From Oscillospiraceae bacterium (GTDB lineage Bacteria; Bacillota; Clostridia; Oscillospirales; CAG-272), in NCBI GenBank assembly GCA_015064185.1, contig SVSS01000003.1, positions 111,791-175,790 on the forward strand: DNA of 64,000 bases, read 5' to 3'. This document shows, one piece after another, positions 17,623 to 27,565 of the stretch. Each line of letters opens with the position of its first letter. Position 1 is the stretch's first letter. The notes beneath the pieces are model-generated. The model searched no databases, was not told the DNA's origin, and worked only from the letters and a program-made list of their open reading frames with translations. A program made the translations under genes and the position numbers.

Positions 17623-19128
17623 ATGTATAAGCTTTTAAAAACACTTTTTCTGTCCTTGCTGATCGCTTGCTTGCTTTTGCCTACACTTGCCTCCTGCGGC
17701 AAATGTAAGCACAAGGAGAGCGAATGGGTGGATGAGATCGAGGCGACCTGCTCTGTGGCAGGTACGCGTGTGAAAAAATGCACAGAGTGCGGCGCTGAGC
17801 TTGACCGCGAGCAATACAGCACCAATCATTTGTACGAGGAGGGCGCCTGCATTTACTGTGGGCGCACGCAGTACGGTTCGGAATTCCTGGAATATGCCGA
17901 GATCACGTTTGACGGAGAAGAGGGGTATGAGGTAATCGGTTACGGAAACAGTAACGCAAAAGCAGTGGAGATCCCTGCGCTGAGAAACGGCAAGCCCGTG
18001 CTTTCCGTTCGGGCAAGAGCCTTTTATAACAATGAAAAGATCACTTCGGTTACCTTTGGTAAGAATGTAAAAAAGATTGGCGAGAGTGCGTTTTACGGCT
18101 GCAAGGTGCTAGAAAGCGTTACCTTTCACGAGAACAGCGAGGCTGAGGTGATCGGTGCCGCCGCATTTGCGGAGTGTGTACTTTTGAAGGCGTTTTCTGT
18201 GCCATCGGGTGTGAGTGTTATTCCCGCACAAATGTTAAGGGGATGTACGGCGCTCAACGCGCTTACCCTGCATAGCGGCATTACCTCGATCGGCGAGAGT
18301 GCGCTTGAGGGGTGTGATGCCATTACTTACAGTGAGGAAAACGGTGCAAAATACCTTGGCGCAGCCGATGTGCCGCATTTGCTGCTTCTTGAGGTCATAG
18401 ATAAAAGCATTACGTCCTTTACCGTGCCTGCCGACACCAGGATCATCGGCACTGCGGCATTCCTTGGCTGCACGGCGCTTGAGGCGATCACGCTGCCCGA
18501 GGGTGTGCTATCACTTTCCTCCTATGCCTTTGCGGCATGCACGGCATTGGCGGAGATATCGTTGCCTTCTACCCTGCAAAGCATCGGCGCCTATGCCTTT
18601 GCCGAGTGCGCGGCACTTACCGATATTGTGATCCCTGCTGCCACTGCACATATTGGTGAAAGGGCATTTTACAAGTGCCTTGCGCTTTCCGCAATACAGC
18701 TGCCGAGCAGCATCAAAACCATGGGCGTATTTGCCTTTCTCCAAACGGCTTTGTCATATACGGAGTGGAATGGCGGCAAGTATCTTGGCAATACCGAAAA
18801 CCCTTATCTTGTATTGGTGGATACCGCAAGCGGTATTACGGCGCTTACCGTTCATGATAGGACCCGCGTGATCGCAAACGATGCGCTGGCAGACAGCGAC
18901 TGTGCTGAGCTTCGATCGGTTACGCTCGGTGCAGACGTCATCACGCTGGGGGCAGGTGCCTTTGCGGGGTGCGCGGCGCTTGAGGAGCTGATCTTTTCGA
19001 CAACTGAAGGCTGGAGGGTAGCTACCGTTTACGGGGAAAGCAAAATCGGCGTTAAGGTAGAGGATACGCCTTGGAATGCGGAAGCAATTACCAAGAGTGA
19101 GTTGAAAAATTACTATTGGTACCGTTAA
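17623..19128 (+). CDS. Lipoprotein with BspA-type leucine-rich repeats
   Basis: Lipobox LPTLASC, an N-terminal Cys-rich module, then repeated I(G/P)xxAFxxCxxLxx(I/V)x(L/I)P units. Confidence 0.7.
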   Translation: MYKLLKTLFLSLLIACLLLPTLASCGKCKHKESEWVDEIEATCSVAGTRVKKCTECGAELDREQYSTNHLYEEGACIYCGRTQYGSEFLEYAEITFDGEEGYEVIGYGNSNAKAVEIPALRNGKPVLSVRARAFYNNEKITSVTFGKNVKKIGESAFYGCKVLESVTFHENSEAEVIGAAAFAECVLLKAFSVPSGVSVIPAQMLRGCTALNALTLHSGITSIGESALEGCDAITYSEENGAKYLGAADVPHLLLLEVIDKSITSFTVPADTRIIGTAAFLGCTALEAITLPEGVLSLSSYAFAACTALAEISLPSTLQSIGAYAFAECAALTDIVIPAATAHIGERAFYKCLALSAIQLPSSIKTMGVFAFLQTALSYTEWNGGKYLGNTENPYLVLVDTASGITALTVHDRTRVIANDALADSDCAELRSVTLGADVITLGAGAFAGCAALEELIFSTTEGWRVATVYGESKIGVKVEDTPWNAEAITKSELKNYYWYR

Positions 19129-19287
19129 AATTGTGAAATAGGACACCGGCAAACGAGGACAGGGAAGTGAAATTCCCTGTCCTTTTGCTTTGACGCTTTG
19201 AAAAAGCAGGAAAACCGCGTAAAAATCCATTGCAATGATTTGAAAAGTATGCTATAATAGATTAACTATATGAAAGGGGGAGAGCGC

Positions 19288-20829
19288 ATGCTGACAACGT
19301 TGCTTTCTGCGGGGCTTTGCGGTATAGACGGTTTTTTGGTAACCGTGGAATGCGACGCACAGGAACGGCTTGGTGAATTTGAGATCGTTGGGCTGCCTGA
19401 CGCAGCCGTAAAAGAGGCCAAGGACCGTGTGCGTACGGCAAGCTATAATAGCGGCTATCGCTTTCCCTCGCTTTCACTTACCGTGAATTTAGCACCTGCC
19501 AACCGTAAAAAAGAGGGCTCGGGCTTTGACGTGGCGATCTTGGCGGGTATCCTGCGGTGCGCCGGCATCATTGACCGACGCTGCGATCTTTCTCGCATAT
19601 GCCTTGTAGGGGAGCTTTCCCTTTCCGGCAGCATTCGCCCTGTGCGCGGTGCGCTTTCCATGTGCGTGGCGGCACGCGATGCGGGCCTTACGCAAATTTT
19701 TGTGCCTGCTGAAAATGCAAAGGAGGCGGCTGCTGTGGCAGGCATGACGGTGTATCCCTTGACTGATATGCAGGCGCTGGTGGCACACCTTAACGGGCAG
19801 GAGCAGATCCTTCCCGTGTCGCCTGTGACAACTGATCTTCATGATGCAAGCCTTGAAGCGGCACTTGATTTTGCCGATGTGCGCGGACAGACTATGGCAA
19901 AGCGCGCGCTTGAAATTGCCGCCGCGGGCGGACATAACGTATTGCTGATCGGCCCGCCCGGTACGGGCAAATCGATGCTGGCAAAGCGCTTGCCAACTAT
20001 ATTGCCGCCTCTTACCTTTGATGAGGCGATCGAAACCACCAAGATCCATTCGGTTGCGGGCACGCTCCCCGAGGGCAAGTCATTGCTTGGCGCAAGACCC
20101 TTTCGGGCGCCGCATCACACCATGTCAGCAGTAAGCCTGGTGGGTGGTGGGGCAAATCCCATGCCGGGCGAGGTGTCGCTGGCCCATAACGGTGTGCTCT
20201 TTCTTGATGAATTGCCTGAGTTTCCCAAGACTGTAACCGATACACTGCGCCAGCCCCTTGAGGATCGGCGTGTGACCATCACCCGTGCGGCGGCACGCGT
20301 CACGTTTCCGTGCTCGTTTATGCTGGTGGGTGCTATGAATCCCTGCCGTTGCGGGTATTTTGGCCATCCCACAAAGCCCTGCACCTGCTCCCCGACCGAC
20401 GTGAAGCGCTATATCTCGCGCATCAGCGGCCCGCTGCTTGACCGCATTGATATTGAGGTAGAGCTGCCCTCGCTTTCCTATGAGGAGCTGGCAACAAGAG
20501 AGCCCGGTGCTGAAAGCTCGCGCACCGTGCGTGAGCGCGTGATGCGCGCAAGGGCGTTTGCGGCGGCGCGTATGAAGGGCGAAAAAAGTATATTTTGCAA
20601 CGCACAGCTTGACGGCTCGGCAATTCGCAAATATTGCGTGATCGATGAGAGCGCCCGCACACTTTTGCAGGGTGCGTATGACCGCATGGGGCTTTCCGCC
20701 CGCGGCTATGACCGCGTGATGCGCGTGGCGCGCACCATTGCCGACCTTGATGAGAGCGAAACGATCGGCGCTGCCCATATCGCTGAGGCGATACAGCTGC
20801 GCAGTCTGGATAAAAAATATTGGAATTGA
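19288..20829 (+). CDS. YifB/ComM-family Mg-chelatase-like AAA ATPase
   Basis: Lon-like N-terminal domain, Walker [27 protein letters not shown], and a C-terminal [18 protein letters not shown] region. RBS gggggag upstream of the ATG at 19288. Confidence 0.85.
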   Translation: MLTTLLSAGLCGIDGFLVTVECDAQERLGEFEIVGLPDAAVKEAKDRVRTASYNSGYRFPSLSLTVNLAPANRKKEGSGFDVAILAGILRCAGIIDRRCDLSRICLVGELSLSGSIRPVRGALSMCVAARDAGLTQIFVPAENAKEAAAVAGMTVYPLTDMQALVAHLNGQEQILPVSPVTTDLHDASLEAALDFADVRGQTMAKRALEIAAAGGHNVLLIGPPGTGKSMLAKRLPTILPPLTFDEAIETTKIHSVAGTLPEGKSLLGARPFRAPHHTMSAVSLVGGGANPMPGEVSLAHNGVLFLDELPEFPKTVTDTLRQPLEDRRVTITRAAARVTFPCSFMLVGAMNPCRCGYFGHPTKPCTCSPTDVKRYISRISGPLLDRIDIEVELPSLSYEELATREPGAESSRTVRERVMRARAFAAARMKGEKSIFCNAQLDGSAIRKYCVIDESARTLLQGAYDRMGLSARGYDRVMRVARTIADLDESETIGAAHIAEAIQLRSLDKKYWN

Positions 20830-20861
20830 TCGCGTTTGGCGATATCGAAAGGAAGTATATT

Positions 20862-22289
20862 ATGTCTAACACCGGTTACATTTCTCCCTTTTCTACCCGT
20901 TATGCATCCAAGGAGATGCAGTATCTTTTCTCGGTGGAGAAAAGGCCGCTTACCTTCCGCCGCTTGTGGATCGCGCTTGCCGAGGCAGAGCAAAAGGCGG
21001 GCTTGCCGATCACCGATGAGCAGATCGCCGAGATGAAGGCGCACGAAACCGATCTGGATCTTGAGCTTGCGGCTGAGTATGAGAGAAAGCTGCGTCATGA
21101 CGTCATGGCATACATCCACGCGTGGGGCGACGTTTGCCCCAAGGCGCGCCCGATCATTCACCTTGGTGCAACGTCTGCCTATGCGCAGGACAATGCGGAT
21201 ATGATCATTTACCGTGAGGCGCTGCTTTTGGTGCGCGGAAAAATGGTACGCGTGATGCAAAATCTGCGTGATTTTGCCCTGAAATACAAGGATCTCCCCA
21301 CGCTCGGCTACACCCATTTGCAGCCTGCGCAAATGGTAACGGTCGGCAAGCGTGCCACGCTTTGGCTTTACGATCTGCTGCTTGATTACCGCGATCTTGA
21401 ATATACGCTCTCCACGCTCGCACTTCTTGGCTCCAAGGGCACAACGGGTACGCAGGCAAGCTTTATGGAGCTTCTTGACGGGGATAGTGAAAAGATCGAT
21501 GAGATCGAGCAATATATTGCCGAACAAATGGGCTTTGACAAGGTCGTGCCCGTAAGCGGTCAGACCTATTCGCGCAAGTTTGACAGCCGCATCATGAACG
21601 TGCTCTCGGGCATCGCGCAGAGTGCGTATAAGTTCTCAAACGACATGCGCCTTTTGCAGTCCTTTAAGGAAATGGAGGAGCCCTTTGAGAAGAATCAGAT
21701 CGGGTCGTCTGCCATGCCCTACAAGCGCAATCCCATGCGCTGTGAGCGCATCAGTGCGCTCTGTCGCGCAGTCATTTCAAATGTCACCAACACGGCGATC
21801 ACCCATTCGACGCAGTGGATGGAGCGCACGCTTGATGACAGCGCGAATCGCCGTATTGCCATGTCCGAGGGGTTCCTCGCGATCGATGCGATCCTCAACG
21901 TTTATATTAACGTTACCGACGGTCTTGTGGTTTACCCGAAGGTGATCGCCTCCCGCGTGGCTGCCGAATTGCCCTTTATGGCATCGGAGAATATTCTCAT
22001 GGCTGCCGTGAAGCGCGGTGGCGACCGTCAGACGCTCCACGAGGTCATTCGTGAGCACGCAATGGCGGCAGGCCGTATGGTCAAGGAGGAGGGCAAGGCA
22101 AACGATCTTCTCGAGCGCATTGCCGCAGATCCTCGCTTCGGGCTTGATAAGGCAGATATTGAAAAGCTGCTTGACCCCGCCGATTACATTGGCAGATGCC
22201 CCGAGCAGGTGGAGCAGTTTATCCTGAGCGAGGTCGATCCCGTTCTTGCCAAGGTGCAGGCGATCGGCGGCGCTGCTTTGACGGTTTAA
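20862..22289 (+). CDS. purB: Adenylosuccinate lyase
   Basis: Fumarate-lyase signature [11 protein letters not shown] and N-terminal [15 protein letters not shown] gaaagga upstream of the ATG at 20862. Confidence 0.9.
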   Translation: MSNTGYISPFSTRYASKEMQYLFSVEKRPLTFRRLWIALAEAEQKAGLPITDEQIAEMKAHETDLDLELAAEYERKLRHDVMAYIHAWGDVCPKARPIIHLGATSAYAQDNADMIIYREALLLVRGKMVRVMQNLRDFALKYKDLPTLGYTHLQPAQMVTVGKRATLWLYDLLLDYRDLEYTLSTLALLGSKGTTGTQASFMELLDGDSEKIDEIEQYIAEQMGFDKVVPVSGQTYSRKFDSRIMNVLSGIAQSAYKFSNDMRLLQSFKEMEEPFEKNQIGSSAMPYKRNPMRCERISALCRAVISNVTNTAITHSTQWMERTLDDSANRRIAMSEGFLAIDAILNVYINVTDGLVVYPKVIASRVAAELPFMASENILMAAVKRGGDRQTLHEVIREHAMAAGRMVKEEGKANDLLERIAADPRFGLDKADIEKLLDPADYIGRCPEQVEQFILSEVDPVLAKVQAIGGAALTV

Positions 22290-22325
22290 ACCTTTGATGA
22301 TAAAAATGATGGGGGGTGTCATACG

Positions 22326-24020
22326 GTGAGCATGCGTGAAGGTGCGCAAGGCGGTTTTTGCAATCTTAGAGAAATGCTTTGCGCTACTCGAGAAAAACAC
22401 GGCACGTGTGTGGCTTTTCATGAAAAAAAGCAGGGCTTTTATCAGCATATTTCCTACGGACGCCTTTGTGAGGAGGCGGGGGCACTGGGCACGGCGCTGT
22501 GCCGTATGCTGCCTGCCTCGCCTCGCGTGCTCCTTGTAGGCAAAAGCAGCTACCATTGGGCACTTTCCTTTGTTGCACTGCTTTGTGGCGCGGGTATACC
22601 CGTGCCGGTAGATGCAGCGCTTTGTGCCGAGGATATCGAGGAAATTGCGGCAAGCGCCCACGTAGATGCTGTGCTTTACGATGCGGATGCGGCAGAGCTT
22701 GTCAAGGGGCTTTCGGGTATTACCTCCATTTGTTTTGATGCGATTCCGCAGCTCGTTGAGGATGGCAGAACTGTCGTGCTTGCGGGCGAGGAGGATATCT
22801 TTGCCACGCCGATCGATCCCGAGGCTCCCGCTATGATCTTTTATACAGGCGGCGCTGCAAAAGGGGTCGTTCATTCACACAAAAGCATTGCAGCCACGCT
22901 TGCGGGAATATGTGCTTCGAGCACGGTAAATGAGGAGGATATCTTCCTTTCGGTACTGCCGTTATCCCACGTGTATGAGTGCGTGTTGGGGCTCTTGTAT
23001 CCCATCGCGTGCGGCGCTTCTATTGCGTTTGCCGAGGGGCTTGGCAGCATGATGCGCAATATGCGTGAGATCCACCCCACCTGCATGGTTACGGTGCCTT
23101 TCCTTGCCGAGCGTATCTATGATAAGCTTTGGCAACTAGTAGGTGAAAATGAAGCACGGGTACGGCGTGCGATTGCTATATCAGACCCCGTTCGTCCTCT
23201 TTCCGCAAGACAAGCGCTGAAGGAGCGCTTGCTTGCGCGTGCGCGCGCGCCCTTTGGCGGCGCGCTGCGCTATATGATGATCGTGGGCGGTTGCTTGCCC
23301 GCGGCACTTTCAAAGGGGCTTCGTCAGCTTGGTATTTTTGCCGCACAGTGCTACGGCATGGCGGAATGCGGTGGGCTTGTCGCAATGACCTCGCCCACGT
23401 GCTACCGTGACGGCACGGTTGGCATGCCGTTACCAAACGCTGCGGTCGAGCTTTTGAACCGGCAAGCGGACGGTAGCGGTGAGATACGGATCAAGTCAAG
23501 CGGCTTGATGCTGGGATATGCCGATGATGAGGCGTTCTTGATGAGTGAGCCGCAGCAAGAGGGCTATGATACGGGTGACATGGGCAGGATAGACAGCGAC
23601 GGATTTTTACATATCATTGGTAAAAAGGAAAACTGCATCATTCGTGCTGACGGTACGGTGATCTCGCCCGAGGAAACAGAGCAGCTGCTTTTGCAAAGCC
23701 CGCTTGTGCGAGAGGCGGTTGTGGTAGGTGTGCGTGATGATGCACGAGGGGATTGTGAGCCCGCCGCCATGATCCTGCCCGATATAGAAAATGCCGCGGA
23801 TCTCTTTGGTCCTGCCTTTACACGGGAGGCGTTGGAGAGCGCTGTTGGCGAGTGGATCTGTGAGATCAATAAGGGGCTGCCTGATGCGGCACAGATCCTG
23901 CTCTTTGCCCTGTGTGAAACCGCGTTTCCAAAGGATGCGGCAGGGCGTGTGATACGTGCCGCAGTCGCCGCAGAGCTTCAAGCGGCAAAGGGCGTTGATG
24001 AGAAAACTTTGAGTCAATAG
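22326..24020 (+). CDS. AMP-binding enzyme (acyl-CoA synthetase-like)
   Basis: Adenylate-forming motifs YTGGAAKGVVHSH, GYGMAE-like QCYGMAECGG, and DTGDMG. The start is uncertain (GTG 22326 or ATG 22332). Confidence 0.75.
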   Translation: MSMREGAQGGFCNLREMLCATREKHGTCVAFHEKKQGFYQHISYGRLCEEAGALGTALCRMLPASPRVLLVGKSSYHWALSFVALLCGAGIPVPVDAALCAEDIEEIAASAHVDAVLYDADAAELVKGLSGITSICFDAIPQLVEDGRTVVLAGEEDIFATPIDPEAPAMIFYTGGAAKGVVHSHKSIAATLAGICASSTVNEEDIFLSVLPLSHVYECVLGLLYPIACGASIAFAEGLGSMMRNMREIHPTCMVTVPFLAERIYDKLWQLVGENEARVRRAIAISDPVRPLSARQALKERLLARARAPFGGALRYMMIVGGCLPAALSKGLRQLGIFAAQCYGMAECGGLVAMTSPTCYRDGTVGMPLPNAAVELLNRQADGSGEIRIKSSGLMLGYADDEAFLMSEPQQEGYDTGDMGRIDSDGFLHIIGKKENCIIRADGTVISPEETEQLLLQSPLVREAVVVGVRDDARGDCEPAAMILPDIENAADLFGPAFTREALESAVGEWICEINKGLPDAAQILLFALCETAFPKDAAGRVIRAAVAAELQAAKGVDEKTLSQ

Positions 24021-24031
24021 GAGTAAAGCAT

Positions 24032-24883
24032 ATGAGCAAAAAGGTTGTTATTTGCAGTGACAGCACCACAGATCTTAGTGCGGAGTTGATTGCAAAATAT
24101 GACATTAAAACAGTGCGTCTTACCGTCAATCTTGGTGGTAAGGTATATACTGACGGGCTGGATGTCGACCCCGATATGATCTACCGGCATTACGAGGCAC
24201 ACGGTGAGTTGCCTAAGACCGCTGCCCCCAACATTGCCGCCTTCTGCAGCTTCTTTGAGGAGCAGACAGCAAACGGGTGTGCCGTAGTGCTTTTTACGAT
24301 CAGTGGGGAAATGTCCTCTACCTATAATAACGCGCGCCTTGCGGCGGCAAATTATCCCGATGTTTATGTAGTGGATACGAGAAACCTCTCCACGGGCGGA
24401 GGACTTTTGGTCTTGGCTGCGGCGCAAATGGCACAAAGCGGTATGTCGGCAGGTGAAATTGCAAGGGAGAGCGCCTCGCTGGTTGACCTTGTGGATGCCT
24501 CGTTTGTGATCGACAATCTTGAATTCTTACATAAGGGCGGCAGATGCTCGGCAGTTGCGGCGCTTGCCGCGGGCGTGCTGCAATTAAAGCCCTGCATTAC
24601 GGTGCGCGGCGGCAAAATGGGCGTGGCGAAAAAATATCGCGGCAAATTTGCACGCGTGCTGCAGACCTATATTGCCGATCGCATTGGTACTGCTGCGAAT
24701 ATCGATCTCTCGCATGTGTTTGTGACGCATGCGGGGTGCGATGAGGAGATCGTGGCACAGTGCGTGGCACAGGTGAAGGCGGCCGCGCCTTGGGGAGAGG
24801 TGCATGTGACCCGCGCGGGCTGTACTGTTTCCTCACACTGTGGCAGAAATACGCTTGGCGTGCTGTTTATGCGTAAGAAATAA
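24032..24883 (+). CDS. DegV-family fatty-acid-binding protein
   Basis: VVICSDSTTDL N-terminus, FVIDNLEFLHKGGR motif, 283 aa. Confidence 0.85.
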   Translation: MSKKVVICSDSTTDLSAELIAKYDIKTVRLTVNLGGKVYTDGLDVDPDMIYRHYEAHGELPKTAAPNIAAFCSFFEEQTANGCAVVLFTISGEMSSTYNNARLAAANYPDVYVVDTRNLSTGGGLLVLAAAQMAQSGMSAGEIARESASLVDLVDASFVIDNLEFLHKGGRCSAVAALAAGVLQLKPCITVRGGKMGVAKKYRGKFARVLQTYIADRIGTAANIDLSHVFVTHAGCDEEIVAQCVAQVKAAAPWGEVHVTRAGCTVSSHCGRNTLGVLFMRKK

Positions 24884-24897
24884 GAACAGAACAAAAG

Positions 24898-24945
24898 AAA
24901 ACCGCTGTCCGCGTTGCCTTTGGCAACGCGGACAGCGGTTTTTTG
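24898..24945. terminator. Bidirectional intrinsic terminator
   Basis: Long stem accgctgtccgcgttgcc/ggcaacgcggacagcggt flanked by A and T runs. Confidence 0.65.
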
Positions 24946-24979
24946 CAGAGGAGTAATACGTTTTGTGTGTTTTTGAAAA

Positions 24980-26356
24980 TTATTTGTTGCGCAGACCCTT
25001 GGGGTAGTGGTTCTTGAGCTTTCCGTTTACGCACTTGCCGCCGCCAAGGGGGGCGCCCTCAAAGAAAACACAAGCGTAGCCGTTTTTCTCGTGTGCCAGC
25101 TCAGGGCAGTCGATCTCCTCGCCGCGCAGATATTGTGCAATACGCGGATCGTTGCAAGTGAGGTGCAGCTGTCGGCAAAACAGGTGTCCGTATGCCGAAT
25201 AGAGCTGATGGTGTGGCTCAATGCGATTTTTTTGGAGTGTGCCGATGCACACGCCCGCTGCAAAAACACCCGTGGGTGGTAGGGGAATGTCGGGGGCAAG
25301 ATAGAGGCTGTCGCGCAGGCGACAAAGCGTGCCTTGCGGTTCCTTGGTGAGTGCTTCGGCAAAAAGTGCCGCAACGGTGTCGATTTCCGCGCGGGTGAGC
25401 GGTAGAGCGTTGCTTTTTGGCGGACTATTCTTTTGACTTGCGGTAGCGCGTACCATGAGGGCAAGGAATTGCCCCTCGCCGGGAGAGCGATGCGGATAAA
25501 AGCGGCGGCAGGAGGTGAGATCTTGCCCGGCAACAGGGATGCCGTCTGCTGTAACCGCGGCGACCGAAGGGGCAACGGGAATGAGCGAAAAATCGGGGTG
25601 CGTGTCAAGAAAATGCGCTACATTTTGCTCGTTTTCCTCAAGCGAAAAGGTACAGGTGGAGTAAAGCAGCCTGCCGCCGGGTGTCACACACCGTGCGGCA
25701 TGAGAAAGGATCTCGCGCTGACGCTCGGCGCAAAGCCGAACGTTTTCCTCGCTCCATTCCTCTCCCGCTACCTCATATTTGCGCAGCATGCCTTCGCCTG
25801 AGCAGGGCGCGTCCACCAAAACAAAATCAAAGTAAGCACCGTAAAAATCGGCAAGTGCCTTGGGGGCAAGATTGGTCACCACTGTATTTGTAGCACCCAT
25901 ACGTTCCATGTTGCCCTGCAAAATCCTGCACCGTGCAGGCACGTATTCGTTGGATACTAAAACGCCTCCTGTTCCGATCGCAGCGGCAAGCTGCGTGGAT
26001 TTTCCACCGGGTGCCGCGCAAAGATCCAGTACACGCGTGCCCTCGGTAATTTCAACGGCCGCGATCGTGCTGATCGCAGAGGGATCCTGCATATAGATCA
26101 TGCCTGCATGGTGCAGGGGGAGCGCTCCCACCTTCTCATCGGTTGCATAAAAGGCATTGGGGGCAAAGGGAAGGGGCTTCGGCACAAAGGGGAGGAGGGG
26201 CATAAGGCGCTCGGCGGTCGTTTTTATCGTGTTGACACGAAAGGCACGCACGGCAGGGGCTTCGAGGGCGGCACAAAACGCGTCGTATTCGGCATCGCCG
26301 AAAAGATCCCGCATGCGCGCGAGAAATTTTGTTGGGATCATGCGGTATATTTTCAT
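24980..26356 (-). CDS. RsmB/RsmF-type RNA cytosine-C5 methyltransferase
   Basis: SAM-binding DLCAAPGGKS, catalytic DAPCSGEG and YSTCT motifs. The start is uncertain (26356 or 26341). The listed ORF from 26494 would run into the tRNA promoter. Confidence 0.8.
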   Translation of the reverse strand: MKIYRMIPTKFLARMRDLFGDAEYDAFCAALEAPAVRAFRVNTIKTTAERLMPLLPFVPKPLPFAPNAFYATDEKVGALPLHHAGMIYMQDPSAISTIAAVEITEGTRVLDLCAAPGGKSTQLAAAIGTGGVLVSNEYVPARCRILQGNMERMGATNTVVTNLAPKALADFYGAYFDFVLVDAPCSGEGMLRKYEVAGEEWSEENVRLCAERQREILSHAARCVTPGGRLLYSTCTFSLEENEQNVAHFLDTHPDFSLIPVAPSVAAVTADGIPVAGQDLTSCRRFYPHRSPGEGQFLALMVRATASQKNSPPKSNALPLTRAEIDTVAALFAEALTKEPQGTLCRLRDSLYLAPDIPLPPTGVFAAGVCIGTLQKNRIEPHHQLYSAYGHLFCRQLHLTCNDPRIAQYLRGEEIDCPELAHEKNGYACVFFEGAPLGGGKCVNGKLKNHYPKGLRNK

Positions 26357-26436
26357 CCTTTCTTGGATATAATGGCATATAGATAAAGTATACCGCCCGG
26401 CACAGATACTTGTCAATAACTTTTTTTCAAAAAGGC

Positions 26437-26465
26437 TTGACATCGGCATTTTGATATGGTATAAT
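26437..26465 (+). promoter_or_regulatory. Consensus sigma-70 promoter for the tRNA-Leu/tRNA-Met pair
   Basis: TTGACA at 26437-26442, a 17-nt spacer, and TATAAT at 26460-26465. Confidence 0.6.
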
Positions 26466-26502
26466 AGCAAAGCGAGTGAGGGCAACCTCAGCATTTCGGC
26501 TT

Positions 26503-26590
26503 GCCGGAATGGCGGAACTGGCAGACGCCCGGGACTTAAAATCCCGTGATACTTAGTATCGTACCGGTTCGATCCCGGCTTCCGGCACCA
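26503..26590 (+). tRNA. tRNA-Leu (anticodon TAA), long variable arm, CCA encoded
   Basis: Acceptor gccggaa/ttccggc, anticodon loop cttaaaa, long variable arm gtgatacttagtatcgt, T loop ggttcgatcc. Confidence 0.9.
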
Positions 26591-26605
26591 TTTTTAATTT
26601 CATAT

Positions 26606-26683
26606 CGCGGGGTAGAGCAGCTTGGTAGCTCGTCGGGCTCATAACCCGGAGGCCGTGTGGTTCAAATCCCACCCCCGCAACCA
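26606..26683 (+). tRNA. tRNA-Met (anticodon CAT) with initiator hallmarks
   Basis: Almost collinear with bacterial initiator tRNA: a C1/A72 mismatch and three consecutive G-C pairs in the anticodon stem (cggg-ctcataa-cccg). It is one nt longer than expected, which places a bulged T in the T stem (gtg-t-gg/cccac). Confidence 0.8.
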
Positions 26684-26689
26684 AAAAAA

Positions 26690-26720
26690 TTCCTCGGACT
26701 TGTTCCGAGGATATTTTTTT
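26690..26720 (+). terminator. Intrinsic terminator of the tRNA operon
   Basis: cctcgga-cttgt-tccgagg followed by a T7 run. Confidence 0.65.
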
Positions 26721-26814
26721 ACCTCTTCACTTTTCACTCTTCACTCTTCACTTTTCTCCCTCCGCAGAGGAATTTTTTTTGGAGGTAATAAGTAATAGTG
26801 AATAGTGAAAAGGT
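26721..26814. repeat. Imperfect palindrome built from heptamer repeats (copy 1)
   Basis: Left arm tcttcac/ttttcac x5, centre ccgcagaggaatttttttt, right arm gtaataa/gtaatag/tgaatag/tgaaaag. Confidence 0.7.
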
Positions 26815-26824
26815 ATTAGATGTA

Positions 26825-26846
26825 GCTTTTCGCTGTGGCGAAAAGC
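26825..26846. repeat. Short hairpin gcttttcgc-tgtg-gcgaaaagc (family copy 1)
   Basis: Perfect 9-bp stem. Related copies at 28883-28907 and 62591-62612. Confidence 0.7.
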
Positions 26847-26864
26847 ATTTTTTATTATATCAGG

Positions 26865-26893
26865 TTGAAAAGTAATAGGTTTTATGGTATAAT
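26865..26893 (+). promoter_or_regulatory. Near-consensus promoter of cassette 1
   Basis: TTGAAA, 17-nt spacer, TATAAT, about 30 nt upstream of the four-helix-bundle ORF. Confidence 0.5.
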
Positions 26894-26923
26894 TATTATA
26901 ACAAAGTAAAAGGCGGTAAGGTT

Positions 26924-27277
26924 ATGGCTGACAGTCCTTTGATAGTGAAATCTAAAGCGTTTGCGCTTGATGTGATACAGGTATGCAAGGAACTCAGAGT
27001 GGCAAAGTGCGAGAGTGCTTTGATCAATCAGTTTTTACGCTCGGGAACAAGCATAGGTGCGAATATCAGAGAAGCTTTTTATGCTCACGGAAAGGCTGAT
27101 TTTATTGCTAAACTGCAAATAGCTTTGAAAGAGTGTTCCGAAACGGAATATTGGATTGAACTTATTTTAGAAAGTGGATATTATCACGACAAAACCTTGC
27201 TCGATAAATGTACGGAGCTAAAAAGGATTTTAATTTCTTCCCTTAATACAGCAAAAGCAAATCAAGATAATAAATAA
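26924..27277 (+). CDS. Four-helix-bundle protein (23S rRNA intervening-sequence protein family)
   Basis: Family hallmark QFLRSGTSIGANIREA...KADFIAKLQIALKECSETEYWIELI. 117 aa. RBS aaaaggcgg. Confidence 0.8.
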   Translation: MADSPLIVKSKAFALDVIQVCKELRVAKCESALINQFLRSGTSIGANIREAFYAHGKADFIAKLQIALKECSETEYWIELILESGYYHDKTLLDKCTELKRILISSLNTAKANQDNK

Positions 27278-27349
27278 ATCTCAAAAAAGCACTGGACTTC
27301 TCGCGATCTTTCGGTATAATGAGTGTTACCACCCGAAAGGAGCGCGAAA

Positions 27350-27565
27350 ATGATAGACTTAAAGCCCTATTATCAAGTAAAACTGACTCTTTGCCGTTGT
27401 ATGTCATACTATCTCATCAATCCCCCGAAAACCGAGAACGAAAAATACGCTTACGACATTATTCAAAAGGCGTATTGGATAAACGAGAAAAAGATTGAAA
27501 TGCTTGATTTTGATAAAAGCAAAAAACTACTCCAAGATTATTATAAATTTCAAATAAACAAATGA
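27350..27565 (+). CDS. Hypothetical protein (71 aa)
   Basis: RBS aaaggag upstream of the ATG at 27350. The stop overlaps the next start (ATGA). No recognisable motif. Confidence 0.5.
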   Translation: MIDLKPYYQVKLTLCRCMSYYLINPPKTENEKYAYDIIQKAYWINEKKIEMLDFDKSKKLLQDYYKFQINK

